DNA of 64,000 bases from Lytechinus pictus (GCF_037042905.1 NC_087245.1:3474001-3538000), one strand, 5' to 3'; positions 36,201 through 51,200 are shown, counted from the first letter of the stretch. Numbers and translations are program-made. Notes: a model not told the origin generated them from the sequence alone.

Positions 36201-39200
36201 CTCTTATGTCGAAGTTTCATGAACCAGATCCATAAACTTTTAAAGTTATGATGGAAATCAACAAATACCCCCAACATGGCCAAAGTTCATTGATCTTCAA
36301 TGATCTTTGACCTTAGTCATGTGACCTCAATCTCTGGCAGAATGTTCAGTAATACTTGGTAACCATTATGCCCAAGTTTCATGAACAAGGCCCATATATT
36401 TTCTATGTTGTGATGACATTTCAAAAAATTATCCTCCGTTAAGATTTAATGTTGACGACGACGCCGCCGCCGTCGGAAAGCAGTGCCTATAGCCTCACTC
36501 TGCTTTGCAGGCGAGACAAAAATACAATAAAGAAAATGAATGGAGAAAAAAAAAAGAATAAAACAAGACAGTACAAATATAGATAAATAAGAAATAGAGA
36601 AAGAGAGTAAATAAAATAGCAAGATGCAAAGAGAAAGTGTCTTTCTTACCAGCATGCATGTCAGGTGGTGGCATCATGACATCATGAGGGGGAGGGTGAG
36701 GGGGTGGAACCATCCTTGACTCTGGACTACCTGCTAATACATGGGGGTCTGCTCCACTCACTGGGGTGGGGTGGTGGACATGAGGTGATGTCATCGGTGG
36801 GGGCTGTGGGGGAGGGGTATGGGCGAGGTAGTCCCCTCTGCTCTGGTAGCCTGCTCAAGATTAGAAGGAAAGACAATAATGCAAAATATATTCGACAGGT
36901 ACAACAATTCTAGAGTCTGATTAGCTTCACAAATACCACTTAACAAGAAAGATAGCACAAAATTGTGGCATAACTTAAACATAAAATGGGTAAATGGAGT
37001 TTTGACAGCCACAGTACTTATTCTTACAGGATGAAAAACTGTAAGATATTTCTTTTGAAAAATAAAGAGCTAAGAACCTGTACTGCAAACAACTAATCAT
37101 TATTCAAAATAGTTCAAGTGGAACACCTGTAGCAGTCTCACCTGCATAACACAATTCAATAAAGCAGTAGAGCTGACTTTGAAAACAACTCTTGTATAAT
37201 TATTCACAAAATACACAATTCATATGATAATAAAATACTATGTTCACCTAAATGACTTTTGACCTCAATCCTGCAAATCTACAACTCGTGCAAGACAATC
37301 ACTGATACTTGATTAACCTGATGTCCATGTTTCATGAACTAGATCTATAAACTTTCAAAGTTAGGATGGCAATTCAACAAATACCCTAAAAATAGCCAAA
37401 GTTCATTGACCTTAAATGACCTTTGACCATGGTCATATGACCTGAAACTCACACAGAAAATTAACTGTTACTTGATTACTCTTATGTCCAAGTTTCATAA
37501 ACAAATACCCCCAACCTGATCAAATTTCACAAAATTTGAATGACCTTTCACCTTATTTATGTGACCTCAAACTCACACAGGATGTTCAGTGATACTTGAT
37601 TACCCGTATGTCCAAGTTGTAATAACATTTCCAAACTTTGACCTTGGTAAAGATTTTAATGTTGATTCCCCCAACATGGTCCAAATTAATTGACCCTAAA
37701 CGACCTTTGACCTTGGTCATGTGACCTGAAACTCGGGCAGGATATTCAGTAATACTTCATTAACCTTATGTCAAAGTTTCATGAACTAGGTCCATATATA
37801 GATAAGTTACGACATTTCAAAAACTTAACCTTGTTTAGATTTCAATGTTGACAATGCCACCATTGCCGCCGTCGGAAAAGCGGCGCCTCTAGCCTCGCTC
37901 TGCTACGCAGGCAAGACAAAAATTCATCTCTTTGATATATTTTGATACTTTGATTTTTCTGTTCATTCACCACTTAATTTTCATTGATTCTAACCTTTTC
38001 TGTAAACAAAACTGCAGCAAATTGATGCAGCATCTCTGACAAAGTTGGCAAATTAACTTTAAATGGCAGCAAACAGCATTTTATCAATATTTTCCTACCT
38101 CTATCTCTTCCTCCTCTAGATGGCTGTTCAGCTGGACCAACTGGTCCATCTTGACTTCTCTGTCGCTGAGATGAATACCTTTTGGGGCGCCCTCTCTGTC
38201 AAGATCATGAAAGTAGACAAATTAAAAAAAGATTAATGCTGATTTATAAGAAAGGGCATACATGCAATTTCTAACTTAAATTTGGTCATAGAATTTATAT
38301 ATTTTCATGCCCAAATGGAAAAAAAAAACAATCATATTTTATTAATTATTTATTCAAGACCTTCCTAAATAGAATTACACACTTTTTTTTCCTGAAGGAA
38401 CATAAAGTCCTAATTTTAGTTTTACATTTTACATGACGTGACATATGATTTTGAGATAATAATTATGTTCCTTTATTCTTGTTTAATGTATATGCATCAC
38501 CTTGAGTGACAATTTATAATTAAAAAAAATAAGAGCAGGTATTCATTAATTATTATATAACAAGTTCAAGGATGTAGCCAATAGTGAGTACTTATGCAAG
38601 TCATATGTTCATTCTTTAATTCAGACCTGCCGACCTCTGGGAATGAAAAACTGTATTCTGTGATTAAAAAAACTGTATTTTCCCCCAAAAAAGTGTATTT
38701 CATAATAAAATGCGTGGTGCACTCGCTCATCACGGCGCTCAAGCTGCATGCAAGCTAAAATGCGCACTGCTCTTGCAGATGAAAAAAAAAACATTAAAAC
38801 ATGTGTATATCTCACCCTGGTTTTAACAAAATGATTGGAAAAAAAAACAAGTTACCTGAAATTACATTGATCTAATAACCATATTTGTGTAAGTTGTATG
38901 AAATAGAGACATATAGAGATGATTTTTCTCAATAAATTACGATTTTGTAAAAAAAAGAAGAAAAAAAAGAAATTTTTTGCAAAAACGTACTAAATACGGC
39001 TAAAACGTACTGGTTGGCAGGTCTGCTAATTCCACCCAACCTCCCAGCCATCCATTTTTTGTGCATTTTTAGTGCATCGTTTTACCCATAGCGCATAAAA
39101 ATTGAGAAGCCATCTGAAATATCTGTTCTTTCAAAGGAAAATCCATTGGAACCGGCACTTACCTTGACACGCATACTAAATACGTATGTGATGTCATAAT

Positions 39201-42200
39201 AGAAAGCAGGAACGGGTGTGACCTCTTCATCTTTTCGATCCCTCGACAATTTGGAGGGATTTGAACCTTTACACTACAAATTTATACTGCTGACCCGTTT
39301 TATAAAACAAACAATGCACATTTTTAAATTTGTGATGTTATTGAAGATGCAGGCATCTCGCATATTTGTAATATCAAGCAAAAGTATTCAGCACAAGTGC
39401 CTCATGCTTGTTGCATATTGCAAAACCCTTGAATAGGCTGCATTGCCACAACACACTCATAAATGTGCATATTTGTACATTACTTTTATCACAGTATTTC
39501 ATCTGATACAAACACACACTAAAATAGAATGAAAATTATAACACAGTTTTTTGTATGCACATATCAAGTAATAATTTGTTCTATACACTTATTCAACCAT
39601 ACACACAGTTGCAATAATCAATTTGGTTTAGTTTAATAAATATGTATTACGATCTTACCTCTCTCCTGTCATATCTCTCCTGTCGTGATTCTTCTTGTCC
39701 ATCAACCGCAACTAAGAATAACGACAATAAAATAAAGAGCAATTGAAAATTTGACCAATCAAGCAAATACAATCAATGAAATTACTACTGGCCTAATAAA
39801 ATCTGTAAGATCAGTTGGAATTTCATGTAATGATCTACTGAGTTTTTAATATTTTATGTCTAGCTATCTCACACTTCTTAAGAACTAAGTTTTAGTAAAT
39901 CCAACAAAAGTACATGTCACCATCCTCATTCATTACTAATTTATAACAAGTGGAATGCCTCTGGCAGTCTCACCTGCATTACGCAATCTGATATAGCAGC
40001 AGTGCAGCCTTTGAAAACAGCTAATGAATAATTATTCACAGAAGAAAACACTAATATGATAATAAAATATTATGTCCATTGACCCAAAATCTTGGCCATG
40101 TGCCTGAAACGCGCACAGGGTATTCAGGGATACATTGCTGCTCTTATGTCAAAGTTTATGAACTAGATCCATAAAATGTTGAAGTTACATGTATGATGAC
40201 AATTCCACAAATACCCCCAACATTACCAAAGTTTGTTGACTCTAAATGACCTTTGACCTTAGTCATGTGACCTGAAACTCGCACAGGATGTTCAAGGATA
40301 CTTGATTGCTCTTATGTCCACAATTCATGAACTAAATCCATAACATTTCAAAGTTATGATGACAATTCCTCAAATAACCCCAACATGGCCAAAGTTTGTT
40401 GACCGTAAGTGACCTTTGACCTTAATCCTGTGACCTGAAACTCAGGCAGGATCTTTTCCACTATTTCCCTTATGTCAAAGTTTTATGAACTAGGTCCATA
40501 TACTTTCTAAGTTATGATGACATTTCAAAAACTTAACCTTATTAATTTAAGATTTCAATGTTGATGCCGTCGCTGTCAGAAAAGCGACGCCTATAGCATC
40601 GCTCTGCTATGCAGGCAAGACAAAAATAGCAATGTGTTAACAGAGATCATGAAATAAGAAGTTGATTTACTTATGATCGGGTGACTGATCCAAATAAAAA
40701 AGCAACATTTATTTTTTTCTTAATATATAACCACTTATCAAGCATGGAAAGAACAAATATAAAATCACATTATAATCATATTATAATGCAGTTTTCTTAT
40801 ATCAAATTACTAAGTTTACTTTTAAAGAAAAATCAAAACAAAGGGTGCTACACATTTTGAAAATCAAATTTCAAATTTTCAAAAGAATTGAAGGCTGAAT
40901 AAATTGAAATCCATAATCCTTTTGTAAGATTGGAATGTAAGATGATAATGGAGTATAATTTGTATTATTGACCGTTTACCAAAACTTTAAACAGATTATG
41001 ATGGTATACAACATTCATCTTGATTCCAAAGACATTCTCTCAAAATTATTCATTAACTGTAACTTACTCAATATAGTATTGAAATGATTCAACACTGACA
41101 AATTACAGCCAAGAGTGAAAAATATGAATAGTATGGCTGGGGAGTTCGGTGGATTCACAATACGGTGCGCTATCTATCGGTTGTAGCGGAAAGGACGAAA
41201 TTCGCAATGCCTCATGGGAAAAAGTCGGGATCTGTTGAGCTCACTAAAACTAAAGTGCATGTATGCATGCGATTATTCAGCGCTGGCCGATACAGCTCGA
41301 CCGGATATGCTATTTAATGGGGTCCGGGAGGTGGAACAGAAATTAGCCCGCATATTTCTTTGGGAAATTTAGACCATTAATAATAGTGCATTCATGCCAT
41401 ATGGTTTTCATTTTTGAAGCATCACAGTCTACTAGTACTGTGTGCTGCCTGCACCTGTGCGCAATGTTGACCCCGAAGTTAGATATTTGGCCTGTTCGCT
41501 GCAACCAATAGATGGTGCACCATATTGTGAATCCACCAAATTAGACATCCATGCAGACCAACTAAAAGACTACATTACCTTCTACTCCCACAGGTTCAAT
41601 AATAGGCATTGTTTCTAGTTTGGACTGCACATCTTGATCACCATGACTCCAGGCAGTGTTATCTTGAATGGAAACCTTAAGTTCTTTCACTAGATTTCTC
41701 AGCCCTTCCATCTCCTGTTCTTCAATCTGCTCTATAGGGGCTTCCTTGCTCTCCTGCCTTGTACTTCTTTGACGACGATCCCTTGAATAAGCTTTGCTTT
41801 CTCGCTGCCTGCGTGGTTGGCTCTCTTCCCTTTCTACTTCTCTCACAGGTTCTCCACTTCGGCTTTCTTCAACATCCTCTGAGGATGGGGCCCGTCCACC
41901 TGCTCTATGTGATGTTTCATGCCGGCGGTTATCTCTATAGTCAGTACCTTGCCTCCTTTTATCTGAATATGTTTCCTGTGTATCATATCTGGCATCCTGA
42001 CTTTCATATCTTCTGTCCCTATGATCATTTCGAGTATTCCGTTGTTCATACCTAGTCTCATATCTCTCATCCTGTTGATTATAATTATGTCTATAGCGTC
42101 CACCAGAACTTGCTGGTTCTGATCTATAATTGCTATTAACCCATTGTTGCTTGTGTCCTTTGTTGATATCTTGTTCTCTCCTGTCATAAAAATTATCTCT

Positions 42201-45200
42201 CCGAACATCATCCTGCTGATGGTCTCTCCTCTCAGACCCATAGTCCGGTTCACGCTTACTTTGTCGACCAGTGCGTTCATAATCATCACGATTAAATTCT
42301 GTTGTTGAAGTATCGTTTCTGTGGCGTTCGTTTCTACGATTCTGTCTCTCAAGGTAAGCATCATGTGCCCGCTCTTCGGCACTTCTGCTGTCTCCCCGAC
42401 CACTGATTCTACCAGTTCTTCTGGATCCTTCCGGACCCTTGAATCCCCATTGTCTCTCGTAATCGTTGCTATCCCCTTCACCCCTATCTACACTCCGCTG
42501 CTCTTGTTGTTCATTACGCTCCTCTTGGTACCCTCGACGATTTCCACGGTAACCGCGTCCTCTACCTATCCTCCTATCACTCCGTCCCCTATCATCAGCA
42601 TATCTTTCCTTTGAGTAGCTTTCATCATATCCTTGTTCCTCTTCCCTGTAAGATTCTCTAGAGTTTTGCCTGGCTTCTTCCTGCTCTGCTTCCATAGCCC
42701 AGGAACTGTTTTGTGTCTGAGAACGAATAGTCTTCTTTGGCACTGTTTTATTTTCTTCCTGTGGTAGACTTGGCCACTCCTCTTCTTTTTGCAGGTTATC
42801 TCTAGATGGAGGCTCCGGTTCTCTGTTGTAGACAGGCCTAAACATAAGGAAATAAAGTTCATTAAAACTACATAAAAAATGCAGTGGTGATATGTTCATG
42901 TAGCTTTACACAAGTCTATTAACACAACATTAAAATGGTTACTGAAAGGATTTATGGGATTACCAGTAGCACCCTTCCTACCAAAAATAAGTGCAACATC
43001 TCATCCAAAACAAACCATTATACCTGCTTCAGTTACCGATTTGCACCACATGATTCTATTAATTTTTCCATCTTTTCAACTCAATTTTCTCCTTCAGGCC
43101 TATCTTGACCCTAATAAGGCTGGGGGAGGGGCCTCCCAGGCCCCCTCCCCCTCCTCACGATGTCTCACTAAGTCCAAATCTCCACATTGTTCGAGACAAG
43201 TTTATTTTACCAAATTTTTTCTTTGTATCCATGATTCGACTGAGAGAAAGAATGCTTTGTTTGAAACATTGGGTGCATTGTAGTTCACATATTAAAAATT
43301 ATAATGCTGCTTTCTATGACCTTGCTGTCTGTGACCATGTTCGTGTTTTGGGGCTAAAAATCCAGGAGAAAATATCTGACATTGCATAAATTTTACCATT
43401 ATACTGGAAAAGTTGTCTTTTAAAGATTACTGGAATCTTCAATCTTGTCTGTAACACAAGTACAAAAGATTTCTACCTTCTAGGCCTTGACTCGGTCCAC
43501 CCCTCACTATCCTCATCTTCCTCATCTCTCCTCCTAAATCCCCTTCCTCTCCCTCTACCCCGTCCTCTTCCTCTGCCGCGCCCCCTACCACGCCCCCTGG
43601 TAGGTATTGGTACATCTTCTAGCTTCTTCCTCCTTATGTCCATCCCATAAATGTCACGTAGCTCTTGACTGGACTTGGGGGCTTGATCTTCTTCAACAAA
43701 TCGATCGTGTCTCCAGCGATCCTCATTCTGCCATAGCTTTTTCTTCTCCTTTGGCCTGAGGATTCAAAAGAAAGAAACAAAAAAAGACTAACCCTCCTTA
43801 TCAACAATTCATTACATAACAGAATCTGAAGTACTCTTATCTGTTGACTAAAAAACAAGTTAAAGTGAGCTGCACATAAATGAATAGAAATTAGAATTAA
43901 ATAATTTAATTTTGAATAGTCTTTATCAATATGCTCCCTTACTTGGTTTCTTGTTCCTTCTCTTCATCATCACTCATTGTCCTGCTATCATGCATATAAT
44001 AGGGTCCTTTCCTTGGTACAAACTGAGGATTCTTTCTATCTTCATCATCATCCAGATCCTGAGGTGCTTCCTAGAAAATGAAATTAGTTTTCAAGGTAAA
44101 TCATGATGATCTATAGTTCAACAAAGATAGTAAGTGAATATCTCATAGATATACCACTTCACCAAGTTAACATTTTCAACACTGTCATTTTCAAACAATG
44201 TTATTTAAATTTGCATGCAACAGCATTACTAGTATGTGCATTACATTATGATAATGCATGGTTGTTCACAGGCAAGACAGTGTAAGAGAAAGATATTAAA
44301 AGTAAATTGATACCCATGTTAACCACTCCTACCAGTCCTAGCCAAGTATACCACAGGGTCCTACCAATCATTATGAATTAAATACAGTAGCTCAGTGATG
44401 ATCAAGTTGCATGTACATTTATGCCCCAAATACAAAATAAAATTGCTGAAAGCTAACCCCATCCCCTCAGACAGGATAAAGACATTTATAAATCAATATA
44501 TTCAACATATATGTACATCAATTATCATTGAACAGGGCTCTCTCAAAAAGCAGATTTTATGTACTGAAGAGACCACCCTGTCTGAAGAAAAAAATAATAA
44601 TTAATCACTCATAAATTTATGTGCTTTTCAAGTGTTCCTACCCTACTTTTCTTTAAGCTATGTATTCATTATCTGCATACCTCTCCATCTCCACTCTGTC
44701 TTTCTTCATCCGGAGCATCTTCCGCATCTTCATCCTCATCGCGAATCTCTCCCTCTTCAAGATCTTCTTCTTCTATCTCTCCTTCTTCCAGCTCTTCTTC
44801 CTTTTCTATCTCTCCTTCCTCCAATTTGTCTTCATTCTCATTTAATTCTCTACTGTCTTCCCCAGCTGATATCCTTTCGTTGCCAACATCACTCTCTTGT
44901 ATCTCTGCCTCCTCTTCAGGTAAACGTTGATCCACCTCTACGTTTTCATCCTGGATGACGTCTTTGTTGCTTGGATAAGCCTCTTCTACTTTTTCTTCTA
45001 ATTGTTCTACACCTTCATCTTTCTCTGGTTCTAATCTATTTTCTGAAATAGTGTTTTCCAACTGCTCTCCTTTATCTGGTTCTTGTTGTACTGTGAATAA
45101 AATGGTATACATACACATTCAGACACTTAACACAGTGATTCATAAATATACACAAATAAAGGCATACATGAAATTTCAAAATTTGACAACTATCAACTGT

Positions 45201-48200
45201 ATTTTAAGACTTAGGTTGGGAAATTTAATAATAAAATTTACTTTGACAAAAAAAAAATCTAACTTCATAAAACACATGCATGTGAACTCAGCACCTCCTC
45301 TATTCTTGTACCTACAGGTATATCTCCTACTGAATAAACAAAGCTATAACTGACCATTTATGGAGGCATCATGACTAGTATCTTCCTGGGTTCCTTCAAC
45401 TGCAGGAGTAGTAATAGATTCTCCAACAACTTCCGTTTGTAAGACTTCATTAGCCCCAGGTGCTTCTGGTTCTTCCGGCACTTGCTTTCCTAGGGTGGTT
45501 TCATGAAGAGCATCAGGTGTCGTCTTCGCAGGTTGTGGTTCAGGCACATCTTGAGCCTCCACAGTATCTGAAGGAGTATTGGTAGGAGCAGATGCAAGAT
45601 TATCCTCCAAATTAGAAGAAATGGGAGGAGATTCTGTTTCATCTTTAGTGGAAGGATTCAGTGTGTCCCCTTTTCCTCCAGGCTGGTCTTCTGTCCTTGC
45701 TATATCATCAGGAGATATTGGCTCTGCCGCTACCTCCTAGTCAAGACGAAATAAAATAGAATAGGAACATATGAATTATCCTTAATTAAATGACAAATAA
45801 TTTGTCTTACAAAAATAAAGTGTTACATGAAAGTATTAGCAAATGAATTCCAATCGTACTAATTACTCAGAAGTCGAATACAGGTGTATATTTCTTCATT
45901 CCAAATTATATCAATAGCAGGAATCATATCAAGTATACATACATGTACCTAATTACAAGTACAAGTACATGTAGTTGTTTGTCAAAGAATAGTAAAAACT
46001 ACATGTAGGTGCTCATGTTTATTTCGAAAATGTTTAAACACTATTAATAAACAGGCATTTACATTTAACCGGCGGGGGTAGCAAAAACAAAAGAACAAAA
46101 AAAAAACATAAAAAACGCTTGGCTTCACCTTTGGTGTCCTTTTTCTTGACTTGAAAAAAAAAAAATTATCACTTAAACAAGTGGAGCGCCTCTGGCAGTC
46201 TCACGTGCATTACGCTATTCAATATAGCAGCAGTGTTGACTTTGAAAACTTACTATAAAATAATTATTCACAAAAAACACCATTCATATACATTGTAATG
46301 ATACAATACTACCTCAACTGACTCTTAATGACATTTGACCTTGATCATGTGATCTAAGACTTGTCAGTGATAGTTGATTACCCCTATGTCCACAATTCAT
46401 AAACTATATCCACAATTTTTGAAAGTTATGACAACAATTTAATTACCTCCAACATGGCCAAAGTTCATTGACCTTTAATGACCTTTGACCTTGTTCATGT
46501 GACCTGAAACTTGCACAGGATGTTAAGTCATACTTGATAACTCTTATGTCCAAGTTTTATGGACTAGACCTATACAATTTCAAAGTTATGAGGGTAATTC
46601 AACAAATACCCTTAACTTGGCCGAAGTTCATTGACCCTAAATGACCTTTGACCTTAATCATATAACTTGAAACTCAGGCAGGATCTTCAGTAATATTTGA
46701 TTAACCTTATGACCAACTTTCATGAACTAGGTCCTTATACTTTTTAAGTTATGCTGTCATTTCAAAAACTTAATCTTTGGTTAAGATTTGAAGTTGACGC
46801 TGCCGCTGTCAGAAAAGTGGCGCCTATAGTCAAGATGGAAACACAATATGAGGCAAGTCAATAAACTTTTGCTTTTCAAGACAATGACTCCAAAGGCATA
46901 AATATGTTCGATATCAATGATTCAATGACTTATTCACTACATCATTCCTTCTTACACCCCCAACTTTTGGTCAAGGGCTCAAGCCTGAATAACAGCTGTA
47001 ACATCTTGACCGGACTGAAGTTTATTTAGACTATTTGTTTCTTATGCTTGCTTAATTCTTTAATCATGCTATTTTGAAGAAAGTTTTATTAGTTACATGT
47101 ATACTTCCAGAAAACATATCAAATGAGCTGATTAATTCAACTTGTACTATTTGTGTGTTACATGTACGTAGTTATCTACAACTTTGAACCAAAGTTTGAA
47201 TTACTCTCCATGTCAGAATAAGGGCCATTATCTGCTATTAATTTGGACTTGTTTCTTCTGCCTTGAGATATGTCTACCTACCTTATCATTATCGTCTAAT
47301 TGTTGATTAGTACTTAATGGAGCTTCCACTTCATCTGCACTGGCATAATCAGATTCCTCATCTTCATCCAAGATTGTATCACTCTCCTGTAGACAGTGTG
47401 ACAAATGAAAACAAAACCCAGAGAAGAATAAAAATTAAGGCATCAAGATTCCATTATTACCAACCTTAATAATCATCATAAGGATGTACATTCGCCTAAG
47501 CCCCCATCCCACTTACACGTATTCTGAATCAAGTAGTATCGGCTGGAATGAAATGACCTATGTAGGACCACCAGCTGGTCAAGTTTTTATTCCCCGATAT
47601 ACATGTACAACTCTCTCATTGCGTTCAATATGTTTTGAATGCTCTGCTCGTCTGCTGGTATGTTTTAAGAATGCAGAGAGAATGGACTACAAACCCTGTT
47701 TGACATTCTTTCTTCTAGTTTGTTACAGAATTAATATATAAAGAATCTTATGGAATAAACAAAGACAATATTTAGGCCTACTTGGCAAATCAAATAATGC
47801 GAGCGCACAGCGAAAAAAGCTGCAAATGGTATTCACACCATAAAACGGACATTTTACAGAGCACTTAGAAAAACATTGGATATGAGAAAAAATGTATACA
47901 GTATTTCACTCTTTTGAACGTGTATTGTAAGCCATGCCTGTTTTGTTTCTCAGTTAGGTCTGAGTGTGCATTTAAGTCCTATTGTAGGCCCCTAATGCAA
48001 GGCTCGACATTAGCGGTGGCCCGGTGGCCCAGGGCCACCAAAAATTCACCTCGGGCAACCATTATTGATAAAATGTTAAGTTTTGGTGGCCCGAATCGGG
48101 CAACCAATAATTTTCAAAGTAGCGCAATTTTCCTCCCAATTTTGCACACATTTATCAACTTTCTACAGCTCAAATTGCAAGCCAGTTTGTCATGCGCCCT

Positions 48201-51200
48201 TTTTGTTGATTTACACACAAATACACACACACAAAGTTTGCATATTAGGCCTACAGCTATAGCATACAGCAGCTATTATCCAGCCAACCGCGCCGGCCGG
48301 CTGGCGTGAGCTTTGCATGAAGCCACTGCATACAGCTGTGCTCTAGATCTAGCTCAGCCTATTCAGACTCGGGGAGCTGCGATAAAAAATGTTGCTGCTG
48401 AGAAATCTTCCACAGAACTTTGAAAATCTAAGTCAAAGTCACCTTTTACACCAATGAAATGCCCTTCTACAGTCTATATTACGAAAATCTGGTGTACCCT
48501 GATTATTTGCAAGTATTAAGAAGAGGAATTATGACCTCTCTTTTGACTCAAAAAGACCGATTTCCACATGAATTAATACACATAAAAACACATAGGCAAG
48601 TACATCACAGTCCCACGTGTGCATTTGTATGTATGTTGATACTTGGTTTCTTTCGAAGCTGTGTATTTTCTAGCCTTAAACAAACAGACAGTTTCTTTCT
48701 TTCTTGTTTATAAATTACTTCTTAAACCACTCTTGAGAAAGTAAATACTTTGGGAAGGCATTTCATTGATATGAAATGTGATTTTTTTTTCCAACATTTT
48801 GGCAAATATAGGGAAGGACTTTTCTCACACTTTTTTTCCAGATATATTTTTTGCCGTTTTCTTTTTTTTTTCTTTCATTTTTTTTTGACAGTGGTTAAAC
48901 CATTTATACCCCTTCCCATTGAATATGCCTGATTAAAAAATATGTTTCTACTGAAAATAAAATAATACAAACTAAAGGATATAAAAAATAGAAAGGTGAA
49001 AATTATTTGCTTGGCTTTTAATTATATTCCAGTCAGAATAGACTGTTGCCACAGCTGTTAAAAAATAATGTAATGGCTTCTTAATTTTCCCCTTTTCCCC
49101 AGTTTTACATTAACTTTGTTTTATTAATTTTTCTTTCATTTTCTTTTCTTTTTTCTCTCTAATTTTTTTCTTTTCTTTTTTCCCCTGTTCTTTGTTTTTT
49201 TCTTTTTTTAATTTTGTTTCTTTTGTTTTATTTCACTAATTTCTTTTATCATTTTTGTTTTCTTTTTGTTATATACTTTTTGAAAATTATTTTCGTTTAT
49301 TTCCCCCTTTTATGCATTGTTCTAATTTTGCGGCATATTTTTCTGTGATTTTCTCCTTCTATACTATGCTGCAAAAGAGAAAACAGAAATAAACTGGATT
49401 TGGGGCATGCATAATCTAGGTTTTAGGATTCAAAGAGGAAGGAAGGAAAAACCATTGTTTTGTACATCTATCTGAGTTTGCTATGCACTATTTATTTACT
49501 TTACCATTATCTCTATACAGAGATTTAAAAAAAAGTCCACACAACCTGCGAACAATACAATTCATTTATTCACTTTCAATCATTTCATTTTTACAATGAT
49601 AGAAACAATTATCAATTAGCAAAGTAAAATAACAGCAAACAAGGTTTACATACAAGATGTATAAAGTGAAAGTAACTTAGTGGTAGTGGCTGCAGAATTA
49701 ATATTTCAGAAGTTTGTTTTATTGATTTTTAATGTTTTTTTAAAATATTTTTCGGGCCACCAAACTTTAATATTGGGCCACCAAAAAAAATAATTTGATG
49801 GTTTTGGTGGCCCAAACAGGCCACCACCAAAAAAAGTTAATGTGGAGCCTTGCCTAATGCAATATTAGCCCTTATCAAACTAGGGGGGGGGGTCAATTTG
49901 AGCCACCCCCCTCGACAAATTTTGTCACTACGCCATTGCACGAAATTTTTTTACCACACCGTTCGCTGAATTTTTACTTTCAAGTCTTGCGCATCATTTG
50001 AGACCAATTTGCGATGCCCGGGTGTGCGGTTTCAATATTCCGCAACATTTTGTAAATGCATGTCGGACCCAAAAAAAGTGATTCCATGTACAATGTCAAT
50101 GCAAATTGTGTTTCAACCAAAAATCATAAATGTATGATTATTTTTACTTTTGTCGGTTCAAATAGATTTATTTTATGCTATTTATGATCGCAAAAGGGTC
50201 CCTGACAAAGTTCATTGGAAAAAACAATAAAAAACAGAAATACAAATTTAAGAAACAAAAAATACATAAGAAATTATATTTTTGCAATTTTTTCGTTGAT
50301 ATTTGTTATAAATGTAAAAATGGATACTCTCACAAAAATTAGTATTCCACTACCTAAATAAATAGAGTTAAAGGCAAAAACATACAAAAAACAAATTTAG
50401 GGCAAATTTCATATGCTTATTTGCATAATTACGGTACTTAATTAAAAAATATAAACAATTTATTTTTGTCATGTAAATTTGATGCAGTTACATGAAATTG
50501 CTGATACACTTAACTGCATGTAAAATCAAAAGCACACAAATACGCGGAATTCTACTACACAGTCGGCTTGCATGAGTGGCTGTATTTGTATAATAGAAAA
50601 AATAAAGTTCAACAAATCAGAATACACACCTTTAATATTTTCAACTTGAAAAAAATAAAGCAAATAGGCTAAAAACCATGTAATATAACAGTTGTAAGTA
50701 GTTTTGATATAATTCTTAATTGACAATTGTTCCAACTTACCCCATAGCCATACCATGCATGTTCAACTTACCCCGTTATGGGGTAAGTTGGAACGCTTGC
50801 GATGGTCTTGTTCAAGGTGGATTTTTTTTCAGTAACCATCAGAGTTAAAATATTTATGGGGTACATTTGAAGCCCTTAGATATATGCTTTAAGCTGATAA
50901 TGATATATTGTTTCTCGAATAAAATCTATTTGGATTTTACAGCCATTTTTATCAAAAATGTTCCAACTAACCCCAATAAAGTGACATGAAATATATTTTT
51001 AAATCATTTTCCAAGTCTTCCCCTGACCTTATTTCATTCACTCATCTCCCTCCTCTTATTTTTCCTTTCCTGTTTCCCTCCTTTCTGTCCCCTTCTTTAA
51101 TTTTATTTTTTACTTTCTTCCCCCTTTTTTCTTTTTTTTTTGCTCTGCCAATAGTACTAGGGTGTCTGGAGAAAAAATTTATTTTTCTTATTTCAAGAAA

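Noticed and set aside
41759..42862. Alternative-frame and antisense ORFs over CASC3 exon 7
   Set aside because: Shadows of a compositionally biased coding exon.
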